From assembly GCA_026225415.1 (NCBI GenBank), contig JAMFSS010000009.1, forward strand, positions 192,062-256,061: DNA of 64,000 bases, in the 5' to 3' direction. Below, piece by piece: positions 19,194 through 29,486 of this stretch; position 1 is the stretch's first letter, and every line of letters starts with the position of its first letter. The notes below the pieces were generated by a model. That model made no database searches and was not told the origin of the DNA. It worked only from the letters and a program-made list of their open reading frames with translations. A program made the translations under genes and the position numbers. The stretch comes from Alphaproteobacteria bacterium. Lineage in GTDB: Bacteria > Pseudomonadota > Alphaproteobacteria > UBA9219.

Positions 19194-19285
19194 AGACTCC
19201 CTCTCCCCCTGTGGGAGAGGAAGCAAAATCTTAGGCTTGCCCCCTCTTGGCAAGTCTTAGATTTTGCAGGTGAGGGGGTCTCTTG
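19194..19285. repeat. structured intergenic repeat element, copy 1 of 3 (nested palindromes)
   Basis: gactccctctccccctgtgggagaggaagcaaaatcttaggcttgcc...ggcaagtcttagattttgcaggtgagggggtc is homologous to the elements at 40745-40860 and 48773-48860. Confidence 0.8.
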
Positions 19286-19299
19286 AGGCAGACCTCTCA

Positions 19300-19659
19300 A
19301 TGCTAACATCAAAACCCAAACTCCAAATACTGCGCAAACGCGCCGAGTTCCTTGCCGTGGCGGCAAGCGGGAAAAAATGGGTCGCGCCCGGATTCATCCT
19401 TCAAATCGGCGCCCAACACCCCCCTACCCCGACCATTCATTATGGCCTGACCGCCAGCCGCAAAGTCGGCAACGCCGTCATCCGCAACCGCGCCCGCCGC
19501 CGTATGCGCGCATTGGCGCAGGAAATCCTGATCAACGCATCAACAGAACATGATTATGTGTTTGTGGCACGCCCGACGACAAAAGATTTTGATTTTAACG
19601 CGATGCGTCAGGATTTGATCAAAGGCATGAAGCGGATGAAGGTTTGGGCGGCGGATTAA
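19300..19659 (+). CDS. rnpA: ribonuclease P protein component
   Basis: Basic 119-aa protein ([13 protein letters not shown]...[10 protein letters not shown]) directly downstream of rpmH. Confidence 0.85.
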   Translation: MLTSKPKLQILRKRAEFLAVAASGKKWVAPGFILQIGAQHPPTPTIHYGLTASRKVGNAVIRNRARRRMRALAQEILINASTEHDYVFVARPTTKDFDFNAMRQDLIKGMKRMKVWAAD

Positions 19660-20411
19660 GCCGCGTCAAACTTATCCATATCCGCGATGGAAATATCGTA
19701 ATTCCCGAACACGGTTTGCACATCGTCATTATCATCCAACACATCAAGCAGTTTTAATAACTGCTGGGCATTGTCGCCTTCAACCGCCGTTTGCATATTC
19801 GGATACCAAACAAGTTTCGCGCCTTCGGGTTCGCCGAATTTTTCTTCGAGCGCATTGCGCACCGCGCCAAAATCCTCCACCGAGCATGTCACGATATGCG
19901 CCGTGTCGGTGCTGTCGACATTTTCGCCGCCGGCCTCAATAACCGCTTCCAACATCGCATCGGCGCTGGCGACCTTGACCGGAAATACAATTTCGCCCAC
20001 GCGCGAAAACATAAACGCGACCGAACCGCTTTCACCCATTACGCCGCCATTTTTGGAAAAGATGGTGCGCAATTCCGCTGCGGTGCGGTTGCGATTGTCG
20101 CTGAGCGCTTCGACAATCAACGCAATACCGGCGGGGCCATAGCCTTCGTAACGCACCTCGTCATAATTCACGCCGTCGGCTGCGCCGGGTTGCGCCGATT
20201 TAATCGCGCGGTCGATACGGTCGCGCGGCAAATTGTTTTTGCGCGCTTCGATGATCGCGGCGCGCAGACGCGGATTATGCGCGGGGTCGGGCATGCCCTG
20301 TTTCGCGGCAACAGCGATTTCGCGTGCCAGCTTGCCGAAGATCTTTGACCGCTTGGCCTCGGATTTCGCTTTTTGATGCATCACATTCTTGGCGTGGGAA
20401 TGGCCGGCCAT
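19656..20411 (-). CDS. YebC/PmpR-family transcriptional regulator
   Basis: [32 protein letters not shown]... is the canonical YebC N-terminus. Confidence 0.9.
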   Translation of the reverse strand: MAGHSHAKNVMHQKAKSEAKRSKIFGKLAREIAVAAKQGMPDPAHNPRLRAAIIEARKNNLPRDRIDRAIKSAQPGAADGVNYDEVRYEGYGPAGIALIVEALSDNRNRTAAELRTIFSKNGGVMGESGSVAFMFSRVGEIVFPVKVASADAMLEAVIEAGGENVDSTDTAHIVTCSVEDFGAVRNALEEKFGEPEGAKLVWYPNMQTAVEGDNAQQLLKLLDVLDDNDDVQTVFGNYDISIADMDKFDAA

Positions 20412-20450
20412 AGGGGTTTCTTTCAATTTAGGGTCACAAGAGGCCGCAGT

Positions 20451-21182
20451 TTATCGCGGCTGCAATAGTTCCGCAACGGGGCGTGGCGTTGAACAGGTTG
20501 GAAACCGCACGGGCAGTACTATGGCTTCTTTTCGCGCATATATATGGTCATCCATAGCGACCATTTCGCCCCCGAAAGAACGGCTTATGCAACTGGGCGA
20601 CAAGGCATCGACCATTCGGAACCCCGCCTGCGATAATAAAGAGAGCATGGCGATAAAGGCGGCGTTCCCCGCCCCCATGTAATCGCTATAAACACTCAGC
20701 CCGATAAATAAACCGCCCGATTGTATCCCCACAAGGCCAGCCAGAAGTTCGCCGCCGGCATAAACTTCCACCGAATGGGCAAGGCCATCTGCATGTAATT
20801 GCTTCAGGAATTTTTTTGTTTCGCGCCCTATCCAGGGGTCAAGATCGGGATCATTCCAATCGCGCTGCAAGGCGCAATTATAAAGGACGGAAGAAAAACA
20901 TTGGTTGGCGGTAAAGGTAAATTCATTTCTTAAAATCATCCGCCGTTGATTGCGTGAAAAATCTTTGTGTACAGGAATGATTTCCACATAATCGGGCAAA
21001 CAGCCCATAAGCCCATCCCGCCCTTCTACCGTAAAGCAACCAATCTGGTACAGGCTGAGCAAGGCTTCGGCGGTGGGATGAAACAAATCCCATTTCCGCA
21101 TCGTGTCCTTGTGAAGTTGTTCATCGCATTCTAAAGTGGAAAAACGATAATCTATGGCTTCGAGTCTGTCCTGATTGTGCAT
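20451..21182 (-). CDS. aat: leucyl/phenylalanyl-tRNA-protein transferase
   Basis: HSVEVYAGGELLAGLVGIQSGGLFIGLSVYS aligns with E. coli Aat [31 protein letters not shown]. Confidence 0.7.
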   Translation of the reverse strand: MHNQDRLEAIDYRFSTLECDEQLHKDTMRKWDLFHPTAEALLSLYQIGCFTVEGRDGLMGCLPDYVEIIPVHKDFSRNQRRMILRNEFTFTANQCFSSVLYNCALQRDWNDPDLDPWIGRETKKFLKQLHADGLAHSVEVYAGGELLAGLVGIQSGGLFIGLSVYSDYMGAGNAAFIAMLSLLSQAGFRMVDALSPSCISRSFGGEMVAMDDHIYARKEAIVLPVRFPTCSTPRPVAELLQPR

Positions 21183-21283
21183 TTTGTTTTTTAAAAATAG
21201 TAAAAGCGACAACGCCAAAATAACAGCGCAAATCAGGGCAATCTGTCAACCGGATTAAAAGCCGAAATCAGCCTTAATTATGG

Positions 21284-22390
21284 TTAAACATTAAATTTGA
21301 AATGGAACACATCGCCGTCATGGACAAGGTAATCCTTGCCTTCCTGACGCAGTTTACCGGAATCGCGCGCGCCGGACTCACCGTTACAGGCAACAAAATC
21401 ATCATAGGCGATTGTTTCCGCGCGGATGAAACCGCGTTCAAAATCGCTGTGGATGGCGCCTGCGGCTTGCGGGGCGTGTGCGCCGCGTTTCACTGTCCAG
21501 GCGCGGGCCTCTTTCGGCCCCACCGTGAAAAACGTCAATAAATCCAGACGGCGATAACCGGCGCGGATGATCTTGTTCAAGCCCGGTTCTTCCAAACCCA
21601 ATGATGACAAAAACTCTTTCTTTTCGTCGGCGCTTTCCAATACCGCGACTTCCGATTCAATCGCGGCGGTGATAATCACACATTCGGTGCCTTCGGCCTT
21701 GGCTTTGGCCGCGACTTTTTCCGACAATGCATTGCCGGTGGCCGCATGTTCTTCGGCAACATTGGCGACATACAAAACCGGTTTGGCTGTGACCAGCGCC
21801 AGCTGTTTTAAAATTTCTTTTTTCTCTGGCGACAATCCCGCCAATAATGTCCGCGCCGGTTTACCGTCGCGTAATGCCGTCAAGGCGGGTTCGATGATTT
21901 CCAATTGTTCGACAGCTTCCTTGTCGCCGCCCTTGGCTTTTTTCTGCACACCGGTCAGACGTTTTTCCAAACTATCCAAATCGGCCAACATCAATTCGGT
22001 TTCCACCGTTTCGGCGTCGCGGATCGGGTCAACCGATCCTTCGACATGGGTCACATCGCCACCTTCAAAACAACGCAACACATGGATGATGGCATCGGTT
22101 TCGCGGATATGCGCAAGGAATTGATTACCCAATCCTTCGCCGCGTGCGGCACCGCGCACCAAACCGGCGATATCGACAAATTCCAATTGGGTCGGAATGA
22201 TTTTGGCCGAGGTCGCAATCTCCGCCAATTTATCCAAACGCGGATCGGGCACCGCCACGCGGCCCACATTGGGTTCGATGGTACAGAACGGATAATTGGC
22301 CGCCTGCGCCGCAGCCGTCGCGGTGAGCGCGTTGAACAAGGTCGATTTACCGACATTCGGCAGACCCACAATACCGCAATTGAAACCCAT
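21284..22390 (-). CDS. ychF: ribosome-binding ATPase YchF
   Basis: GIVGLPNVGKSTLFNALT P-loop and a TGS domain at the C-terminus. Confidence 0.95.
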   Translation of the reverse strand: MGFNCGIVGLPNVGKSTLFNALTATAAAQAANYPFCTIEPNVGRVAVPDPRLDKLAEIATSAKIIPTQLEFVDIAGLVRGAARGEGLGNQFLAHIRETDAIIHVLRCFEGGDVTHVEGSVDPIRDAETVETELMLADLDSLEKRLTGVQKKAKGGDKEAVEQLEIIEPALTALRDGKPARTLLAGLSPEKKEILKQLALVTAKPVLYVANVAEEHAATGNALSEKVAAKAKAEGTECVIITAAIESEVAVLESADEKKEFLSSLGLEEPGLNKIIRAGYRRLDLLTFFTVGPKEARAWTVKRGAHAPQAAGAIHSDFERGFIRAETIAYDDFVACNGESGARDSGKLRQEGKDYLVHDGDVFHFKFNV

Positions 22391-22504
22391 GTTATTTCCC
22401 TTATTTTACTGACCCCTGCGGTATAATCGACCGCGCGCCCCAGACCAAGGAAAATGTTCAGCTTTCCTGTTCCGCGAATCCTTCTGATCGGCTAGATATT
22501 CACT

Positions 22505-23602
22505 ATGATTAACCTTACCACCGCCTATGCCCAACGGATCGAAGCTGGAAATCTGCGCCCCGATGCGGCGCAAATGGCCGCTTTGGCGGTGTTACAGGAT
22601 CTTGCCACGCGGGTCGATGGGTACAAACCGCGCAAACAAAATCTGGCCAGCCTATTGTTCTGGGGCAAAACCCCGCCCCCGCAGGGTCTTTATATTTACG
22701 GCGATGTCGGGCGCGGCAAGAGCATGCTAATGGATTTGTTTTACGATGCGGCGCGGATCGATAAAAAACGCCGCGTGCATTTTCATCAATTCATGCTGGA
22801 AATCCATGCGCGGCTGCATGCGCATGAGGCCGACCAAACACCCGATATTTTGCCGCGCGTGGCGCGCGAGATTGCCGCCGAAACCCATCTGCTGTGTTTC
22901 GATGAATTTCATGTCGGCAATATTGCCGATGCGATGATATTGGGGCGTTTATTCGAAGCCTTGATGGATGCGGGCGTGGTGATTGTCGCCACATCCAATT
23001 GGCGCCCCGAAAGCCTGTATAAAAATGGATTGCAGCGCGAACGGTTTTTGCCCTTCATCGATTTGATCAATCACCGCATGGATATTTATCATCTGGATGG
23101 CGCGGTCGATCACCGGTTTGAACAAACGCAAAAACTGTCGCGCTACATCCACCCGCTGGGCGAAGCGGCAACACATGAGCTGCAACGTATTTTTTACCAT
23201 CTGACGGATGATGCCGACCCCAAACCGATTACATTGCCCGTTCAGGGACGTACGTTACGCCTTACCCAAACAGCCAAGGGTGTGGGGTTTTTCAATTTCG
23301 GTGAACTTTGCACCACCGCGTTAGGCAGCGCGGATTATCTGGAAATCGCCAAATGCCTGCATACCGTCATCATCGATGAAGTTCCGCGCATGAAGGCCGA
23401 ACGCCGCGACGAAACCATGCGTTTCATCAATCTGGTCGATGCGCTCTATGAAGCCAAGGTCAAGCTGTATCTGGCGGCAGAAGCCGCGCCCGAAAAACTC
23501 GCCCCCGAAGGCGAACTCAACTTCCCCTTCCAACGCACCCTCAGCCGCCTGATGGAAATGCAGAGCGAAGAATACCGCAAAAAGCCGCATTTTGCCGGTT
23601 GA
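22505..23602 (+). CDS. zapE: cell division protein ZapE (AFG1-like ATPase)
   Basis: GLYIYGDVGRGKSMLMDLF Walker A and AFG1-family architecture. Confidence 0.9.
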   Translation: MINLTTAYAQRIEAGNLRPDAAQMAALAVLQDLATRVDGYKPRKQNLASLLFWGKTPPPQGLYIYGDVGRGKSMLMDLFYDAARIDKKRRVHFHQFMLEIHARLHAHEADQTPDILPRVAREIAAETHLLCFDEFHVGNIADAMILGRLFEALMDAGVVIVATSNWRPESLYKNGLQRERFLPFIDLINHRMDIYHLDGAVDHRFEQTQKLSRYIHPLGEAATHELQRIFYHLTDDADPKPITLPVQGRTLRLTQTAKGVGFFNFGELCTTALGSADYLEIAKCLHTVIIDEVPRMKAERRDETMRFINLVDALYEAKVKLYLAAEAAPEKLAPEGELNFPFQRTLSRLMEMQSEEYRKKPHFAG

Positions 23603-23763
23603 GCATTAACCATACCGCTTTATTTGACTCCCGCCCTTAATATCCCTATAAACCCGTCATTCCTGAGAAAGCGGTTGGGGGCATGCCCCCTAAACCCGTC
23701 ACCCCATAAGGGGATGAACTATCGGGACAATTTGAAAAAGCCGAATAATCGGCAGGAGCCACT

Positions 23764-24378
23764 ATGACAAAACGTTTAGAAGCTAAACATAAAATCGACC
23801 GCCGTTTAAAGGTCAATCTCTGGGGCCGCCCCAAGAGCCCGCTGAACAAGCGCGACTACCGCCCCGGCCAACACGGCCAAGGCCGCCACAAAGTTTCCGA
23901 TTACGGTATCCAGCTGAACGCCAAGCAGAAACTGCGCGGCTATTATGGCAATATCGGCGAACGCCAATTCCGTCGTTATTATCAGGAAGCGATGCGCCGT
24001 AAGGGTAACAATGGCGAAATCCTGATCCAGCTTCTGGAACGCCGTTTGGATGCCGTTGTATACCGCATGAAATTCGCCGCGACCGTTTTCGCATCGCGTC
24101 AGCTGGTTAATCACGGCCACATCCTGGTCAACGGCAAGAAGGTCAACATCTCGTCTTACCAAGTCAAAGACGGCGATGCGATCGAAGTGCGCGGCAAAGC
24201 CAAGCAAATGATCCCCGTTTTGGCGGCGGCAGAATTGGCCGAACGCGACGTGCCCGATTATATGACGGTCGACCATAAGGAAATGAAGGGTCAGTTTGTT
24301 CGCACCCCCGCCATGACCGATGTTCCTTACCCTGTGCAGATGGAACCCAATCTGGTTATCGAATATTACTCCCGTTAA
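23764..24378 (+). CDS. rpsD: 30S ribosomal protein S4
   Basis: [26 protein letters not shown]... plus an S4 domain. Confidence 0.95.
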   Translation: MTKRLEAKHKIDRRLKVNLWGRPKSPLNKRDYRPGQHGQGRHKVSDYGIQLNAKQKLRGYYGNIGERQFRRYYQEAMRRKGNNGEILIQLLERRLDAVVYRMKFAATVFASRQLVNHGHILVNGKKVNISSYQVKDGDAIEVRGKAKQMIPVLAAAELAERDVPDYMTVDHKEMKGQFVRTPAMTDVPYPVQMEPNLVIEYYSR

Positions 24379-24400
24379 TCGACGCGGGGTTGAGACAAAA

Positions 24401-24429
24401 ACGGGGAGAGAAATCTCCCCGTTTTTTTG
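24401..24429 (+). terminator. rho-independent terminator of rpsD
   Basis: cggggagag-aaat-ctctccccg stem plus a T7 tract. Confidence 0.8.
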
Positions 24430-24575
24430 TGCCTTACTAGGTAAAATTTATTGCCAGCATTACCACATGGAAAAACGCCTAAAAGGTTGCTAGAATCACA
24501 AGAAGCAGGCAATGATGGCTGATAGAATTGTGCATCACCCAATGTTGCCTTCCCTTCTGCATAGCAAAACCAACA

Positions 24576-25421
24576 ATGACCGATCAAAACCCCTATAAGG
24601 ATTTCACCAATAGGTTGAAGCTGTTCATCAGCAAGCATCCGGCATTAATAACGACTACACTCAGCAACATTTTTACGATGCGCCTTATCGGCAATAAGAC
24701 CCATGGCGACTTAGCTGAAATAGCGATAGCAGAATTTATCAACCAATATATGTATGATTTCAAGTCACTGCATGTGGGCAAAGACTTATACCGCACTAAA
24801 TCCAGAGAAGAAGATATTACTATTACAAACGAAATTACTAAAGTTCAATTTCCCGTCAGCCTCAAAGCATATGGTGATGGCCCCCTTCAATTATCAACAG
24901 ATAAAAACACCTTGATGTACCCACGACTTATGAAAGAGGTTAATCATACTATTGAAGGCCGCACAAGAATTGATGCAGTTTTTGCTGATCCTGCATTTTC
25001 CGTATTTTCACAAATAAATGTATTGCCACTTATCTATGATGAGAAAAAACAAAGATGTAACATTTTGGTTTTTGATTATGAGGCAGCTCGCACTCAAACG
25101 GCAAAAATAGAGCGCGCCCATGAAGGCAGTGGGAGGAAGCACCCCGTTTTTCGATTTTATGATGCCAATAATGATTATATTTGCGAAGTAAGATATGGTG
25201 ATGCCGCAGCAAATGCTTTACAGCGCGGGCTATGGACACACACCAAAAATGCATTAAAGCACTTTGATAGCATTACGAGTGGTTGGGTTGATTACTCTCA
25301 CAACAAGATATTAGTACAACTTTTTTCTCATGCGCTAGTGTCAACAAGTGCTGGACATGATAGAGCACTCATTGAAATCAAAAAAGATATTCAGCAATTA
25401 AAAGAAAGAAATCAGCTATGA
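24576..25421 (+). CDS. hypothetical protein in a low-GC island, a candidate restriction endonuclease (possible PD-(D/E)xK: ...GDLAEIAIAEF... / ...EEDITITNEITK...)
   Basis: About 281 aa. Marked drop in GC relative to its flanks. Stop/start overlap (ATGA) with the downstream DNA methyltransferase. No family confidently recognised. Confidence 0.45.
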   Translation: MTDQNPYKDFTNRLKLFISKHPALITTTLSNIFTMRLIGNKTHGDLAEIAIAEFINQYMYDFKSLHVGKDLYRTKSREEDITITNEITKVQFPVSLKAYGDGPLQLSTDKNTLMYPRLMKEVNHTIEGRTRIDAVFADPAFSVFSQINVLPLIYDEKKQRCNILVFDYEAARTQTAKIERAHEGSGRKHPVFRFYDANNDYICEVRYGDAAANALQRGLWTHTKNALKHFDSITSGWVDYSHNKILVQLFSHALVSTSAGHDRALIEIKKDIQQLKERNQL

Positions 25422-26554
25422 ACCAAATGGCTCTACAAAGAGAGCTTTTCGCAGCGAACTACCCCACTGCCCCTTCCACAGAGGGGATTAAGTATGCTGG
25501 TTCAAAGTTAAAATTATTACCTCAGATTTTATGGCTCGCAGGAAAAACCGATGCGAAGATAATTTTTGATGGCTTTGCTGGATCGACCAGGGTCTCACAA
25601 GCACTCGCCAAATATGGGTACCAAGTGATTTGCAATGACCGCGCCATTTGGTCAGAGATATTAGGGCGGTGCTATTTAAAGGCGGGGTCGAAAACTAAGT
25701 ACGAAACGCTTATTAACGATTTAAACACATGCAAACCTAGGGATGGTTGGTTTACAGAGCATTACGGCGGCGACCCATCCGTAATTGATATAGAAAATAC
25801 CATAAAAATGCCGTGGCAGATTCATAACACACGAAAACTTGATGGAATAAGAGAAGAAATAGACCGTCTTAGTCTTGATGCTAATGAAAAAGCAGTTGCC
25901 TTGACTAGTCTTATGATGGCCCTTGATCAAGTAGATAGCACATTGGGGCACTTTTCGTCGTATCTGCGAGAATGGTCGCCCCGTTCATTTAAGCATATGA
26001 AGTTGCAAATCCCCGACATTATTGATTGTGAGGATATGCATCAAGTTACTAATGGGGATGTCTTTGATATAGCAAAAGGCGTTAATGCTGACTTAGCCTA
26101 TTATGACCCACCATATGGCTCTAATAATGAGAAAATGCCGCCATCCCGTGTTCGTTACTCCGCCTATTATCATGTGTGGACTACAGTTTGCCTTAACGAC
26201 AAACCTGAAGTTTTTGGCAAGGTCAATCGACGCGTCGATACGCGCGATGATGTAGCAGCTTCTGTATTTGAAGAGTTTCGTCGTAATGACAGCGGAAGCT
26301 TTATAGCGGTCGAAGCAATTCATAAGCTTATTAAAGACACCCCAACTCAATATATCATCTTATCCTACAGCTCAGGCGGAAGAGCAACGGCACGTGAATT
26401 AAATGAAGCCATGAAAGATGCCGGAACCCTTATTGAAGTTATCGAAATGGATTATAAAAGAAATGTAATGGCAGGAATGACATGGACGAATGAATGGCTT
26501 CGTGATGCACAAGAACAAAATAGGGAGTTCTTGTTTTTATTAGAAAAACATTAA
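25418..26554 (+). CDS. D12-class N6-adenine DNA methyltransferase
   Basis: IKYAGSKLKL (motif X), FDGFAGSTRV (motif I, FxGxG), NDRAIW, and the catalytic motif IV DPPY (AYYDPPYGSNN). 378 aa, low GC. Confidence 0.8.
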   Translation: MNQMALQRELFAANYPTAPSTEGIKYAGSKLKLLPQILWLAGKTDAKIIFDGFAGSTRVSQALAKYGYQVICNDRAIWSEILGRCYLKAGSKTKYETLINDLNTCKPRDGWFTEHYGGDPSVIDIENTIKMPWQIHNTRKLDGIREEIDRLSLDANEKAVALTSLMMALDQVDSTLGHFSSYLREWSPRSFKHMKLQIPDIIDCEDMHQVTNGDVFDIAKGVNADLAYYDPPYGSNNEKMPPSRVRYSAYYHVWTTVCLNDKPEVFGKVNRRVDTRDDVAASVFEEFRRNDSGSFIAVEAIHKLIKDTPTQYIILSYSSGGRATARELNEAMKDAGTLIEVIEMDYKRNVMAGMTWTNEWLRDAQEQNREFLFLLEKH

Positions 26555-26569
26555 ACAAACTAAACCAAC

Positions 26570-26607
26570 AAAAAAAAGCCTGACTGCAAAACAGTCAGGC
26601 TTTTTTA
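26570..26607. terminator. bidirectional rho-independent terminator (A-tract / stem / T-tract)
   Basis: aaaaaaaa-gcctgactg-caaaaca-cagtcaggc-tttttt sits between convergent genes. Confidence 0.85.
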
Positions 26608-26626
26608 TTCTCAAATATAAAACCGC

Positions 26627-27415
26627 TTAGTGCAATTTCTTCCAAATGCTGCGCTTCAGGAAATACATCACAACGGCCAAAATAACGAGGAACAAAATTA
26701 CCCGCACACCCATTTGTTTGCGTGCTTCCATCTTTGGTTCCGCCGCCCATGTCAGGAATTGCGCAACGTCACGCGCTTCCTGTTCCACGGTCGCATTGGT
26801 GCCATCGGCATAGGTGACTGCGCCGTCAACCAGCGGTGCAGGCATAGCAATTTGATGACCGGGGAAATACGGGTTGTAATTCATCCCTGCGGCAATCTTT
26901 TCATCGGCGGCTGGCGTTTGGCCAAAACCGGTGAGCAACGAGTACACATAGCTTTCGCCGCCATGACGTGCCTTGACGATCAAGGACAAATCAGGTGGCA
27001 AAGCGCCATTGTTGGACGCGCGTGCGGCCTTGTCATTTGCGAAAGGCGAAACAAACGCATCCGAAGGACGGCCGGGACGTTGGAACATATCGCCCGCATC
27101 GTTCGGGCCGTCTGTCACTTGATAATCCGCCGCAATCGCCTTCACTTCGTTTTCGTTGAAACCCAGATCGGTCAGGTTGCGGTACGACAGCAACTTCATG
27201 CTGTGGCAGGTCGAACAAACTTGTTTGTAAACCTGAAAACCGCGTTGCAACGCCGCGCGGTCATAGGTGCCGAATACGCCCGCTTGCGGCCAACCACCGG
27301 CGGGTGCATGCGGATGCAACGAAGTTTCTTCCCGGGGCGCAAATTTTATGTACCCCAGAGAGCCGACGAGACCAGCAACGACAAGAATTTGAAAAGCGAT
27401 AACAACTTTACGCAT
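26627..27415 (-). CDS. petC: cytochrome c1
   Basis: Signal/TM, heme motif CSTCH, and a C-terminal TM anchor. Confidence 0.9.
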   Translation of the reverse strand: MRKVVIAFQILVVAGLVGSLGYIKFAPREETSLHPHAPAGGWPQAGVFGTYDRAALQRGFQVYKQVCSTCHSMKLLSYRNLTDLGFNENEVKAIAADYQVTDGPNDAGDMFQRPGRPSDAFVSPFANDKAARASNNGALPPDLSLIVKARHGGESYVYSLLTGFGQTPAADEKIAAGMNYNPYFPGHQIAMPAPLVDGAVTYADGTNATVEQEARDVAQFLTWAAEPKMEARKQMGVRVILFLVILAVVMYFLKRSIWKKLH

Positions 27416-27424
27416 GGCCAGCCC

Positions 27425-28648
27425 CTAAACTTTCTTCAAAACGGCTTCCGAAATACTGTTCGGAAGCTGCAAGGTCTTCTCATACTTCGTCAGCAAAGGC
27501 AGAATGACGAGAAAATGGAAGAAGTAATAAAAGGTCGCGAATTGCCCGATCGAGATATACGGCTCTTCAGCAGGTTGCGAACCGATAATGCCCAACAACA
27601 CCGTATCCAACGCGAATATCCAGAAGAACGCGCGGAAGGTAGGCCGGAACAAAGCCGAACGCACTTTCGACCGATCCAGCCAGGGCAGAACCAGTAACAT
27701 GACAATCGCGCCAAACATCGCACACACGCCGCCCAGCTTGGACGGAATTGAACGCAAGATGGCGTAGAAAGGCAGGAAGTACCATTCCGGCACGATATGC
27801 GCAGGCGTCGACATAGGGTTCGCCGGAATATAATTATCCGGATGCCCCATATAATTCGGGTTGTAACAAACCACCGCCGCATAGAAAATCAGGAAGATGG
27901 AAAGACCGAACAAATCCTTGACCGTATAATAAGGATGGAACGGCACGGTGTCCTTGTCCGATTTCGGTTCGATGCCCAGCGGGTTGTTGGAACCGGTGAT
28001 GTGCAATGCCGCGATATGCAGAACCACAACGCCGATCAAAACGAACGGCAAGAGATAATGCAAAGCAAAGAAACGGTTCAGTGTCGGGTTATCAACCGAG
28101 AACCCGCCCCACAACCATGTCACGACAGCCTTACCCACAACAGGGATGGCGGAAAACAGATTGGTGATAACGGTAGCGCCCCAGAAAGACATCTGACCCC
28201 ATGGCAACACATAGCCCATAAACGCGGTCGCCATCATCAACAACAAAATCACCACGCCGAAAATCCACAATAATTCGCGTGGATTTTTGTACGACCCTTA
28301 AAACATGCCGCGGAAGATATGCACATAAACGACGATAAAGAACATCGACGCGCCATTGGCATGCACATAACGCAACAACCAGCCGCCATTCACATCGCGC
28401 ATAATGCGTTCGACCGAATTAAACGCGTGATCGGTCGAAGGCGTATAATTCATCGCCAAAAAAATGCCCGACGCGATCATGACGATCAGCATCACCAAAG
28501 ACAAAGCGCCGAAATTCCACAAATAGTTGAAATTGCGCGGTGTTGGGAATTGTCCATATTCCTTGTTCATGAACGAGAACAAAGGCAAACGTGAATCGAC
28601 CCATTCAATAACAGGATTTTTAAAAGGTGTACGGGTGCCGTGTGACAT
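27425..28648 (-). pseudogene. petB: cytochrome b interrupted by an in-frame TAA (ORF fragments 28298-28648 and 27425-28270)
   Basis: Translation reads ...[23 protein letters not shown]..., where canonical cytochrome b has RGxYYGSYK. The stop lies at 28298-28300 (minus strand) in place of a Tyr codon. Confidence 0.8.
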
Positions 28649-28784
28649 GGTTTTTCTTTAGGGGCTAGAGAAGAAGGGAAAGGGAGGATGAGAGAAGGGG
28701 AGAAAGAACGGGATCAGAGCATAACCGGCAAGCCAATTCCCTCTTAAGCTCTGATCCCGTTCTTTCTCTCATCTTTGCTCTTCC

Positions 28785-29393
28785 TTACCCTATTTTAATA
28801 TGCGTGGCATCGGTAAAACTATAAGGAGGCACTTCCAGATTTTTGGGCGCAGGGCCTTTGCGGATGCGCGCGGCGCTGTCATACTGTGAACCGTGACAAG
28901 GGCAGAACCAGCCGTCGAATTCACCGTGCGGATCGGTTGGTTTTTGGCCCAGCGGCACGCAACCCAAATGAGTGCAAACACCAATCACCACCAACCATTC
29001 GGCATCAAATTTACCACCGATAACCGATTGCTTGAAACGTTCTGCGTCGCTTTCGGGATCGCGCAAGGTGGAAACATCAACCGCATTGGCTTCGTCAATT
29101 TCCGCCTGTGTGCGGCGGCGGATGAAAACCGGCTTGCCGCGCCACACGACGGTCATGGAATCCCCGACCTTTAATTTCGACACATCGACTTCGGTGGTCG
29201 ACATCGCCAGCGTATCGGCCGCCGGATTCATGGAATTGATCAAGGGCCAGGCGGCAGTGGCGGCGCCTACGGCGCCCATCGCGCCAGCGGTATAGGCCAA
29301 AAATTCGCGGCGGCTTTGCGCGTCTTTTTCATCCTGGTCGGAGGAGCAGAGGCAATGGCCGGAACAGCCTTGTTCGTCGGAAGACGACGTCAT
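28785..29393 (-). CDS. petA: ubiquinol-cytochrome c reductase Rieske iron-sulfur subunit
   Basis: Tat-like N-terminus and cluster boxes CTHLGCVP and CPCHGSQYD. Confidence 0.9.
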   Translation of the reverse strand: MTSSSDEQGCSGHCLCSSDQDEKDAQSRREFLAYTAGAMGAVGAATAAWPLINSMNPAADTLAMSTTEVDVSKLKVGDSMTVVWRGKPVFIRRRTQAEIDEANAVDVSTLRDPESDAERFKQSVIGGKFDAEWLVVIGVCTHLGCVPLGQKPTDPHGEFDGWFCPCHGSQYDSAARIRKGPAPKNLEVPPYSFTDATHIKIG

Positions 29394-29486
29394 AATCTAA
29401 ACTCCGTAATGAACGAATGACCGATTCACGGACGCAAACCGGAATGCGCGCAACTTAAACCAACCCACAATAAAGTCAAAGCCTCT

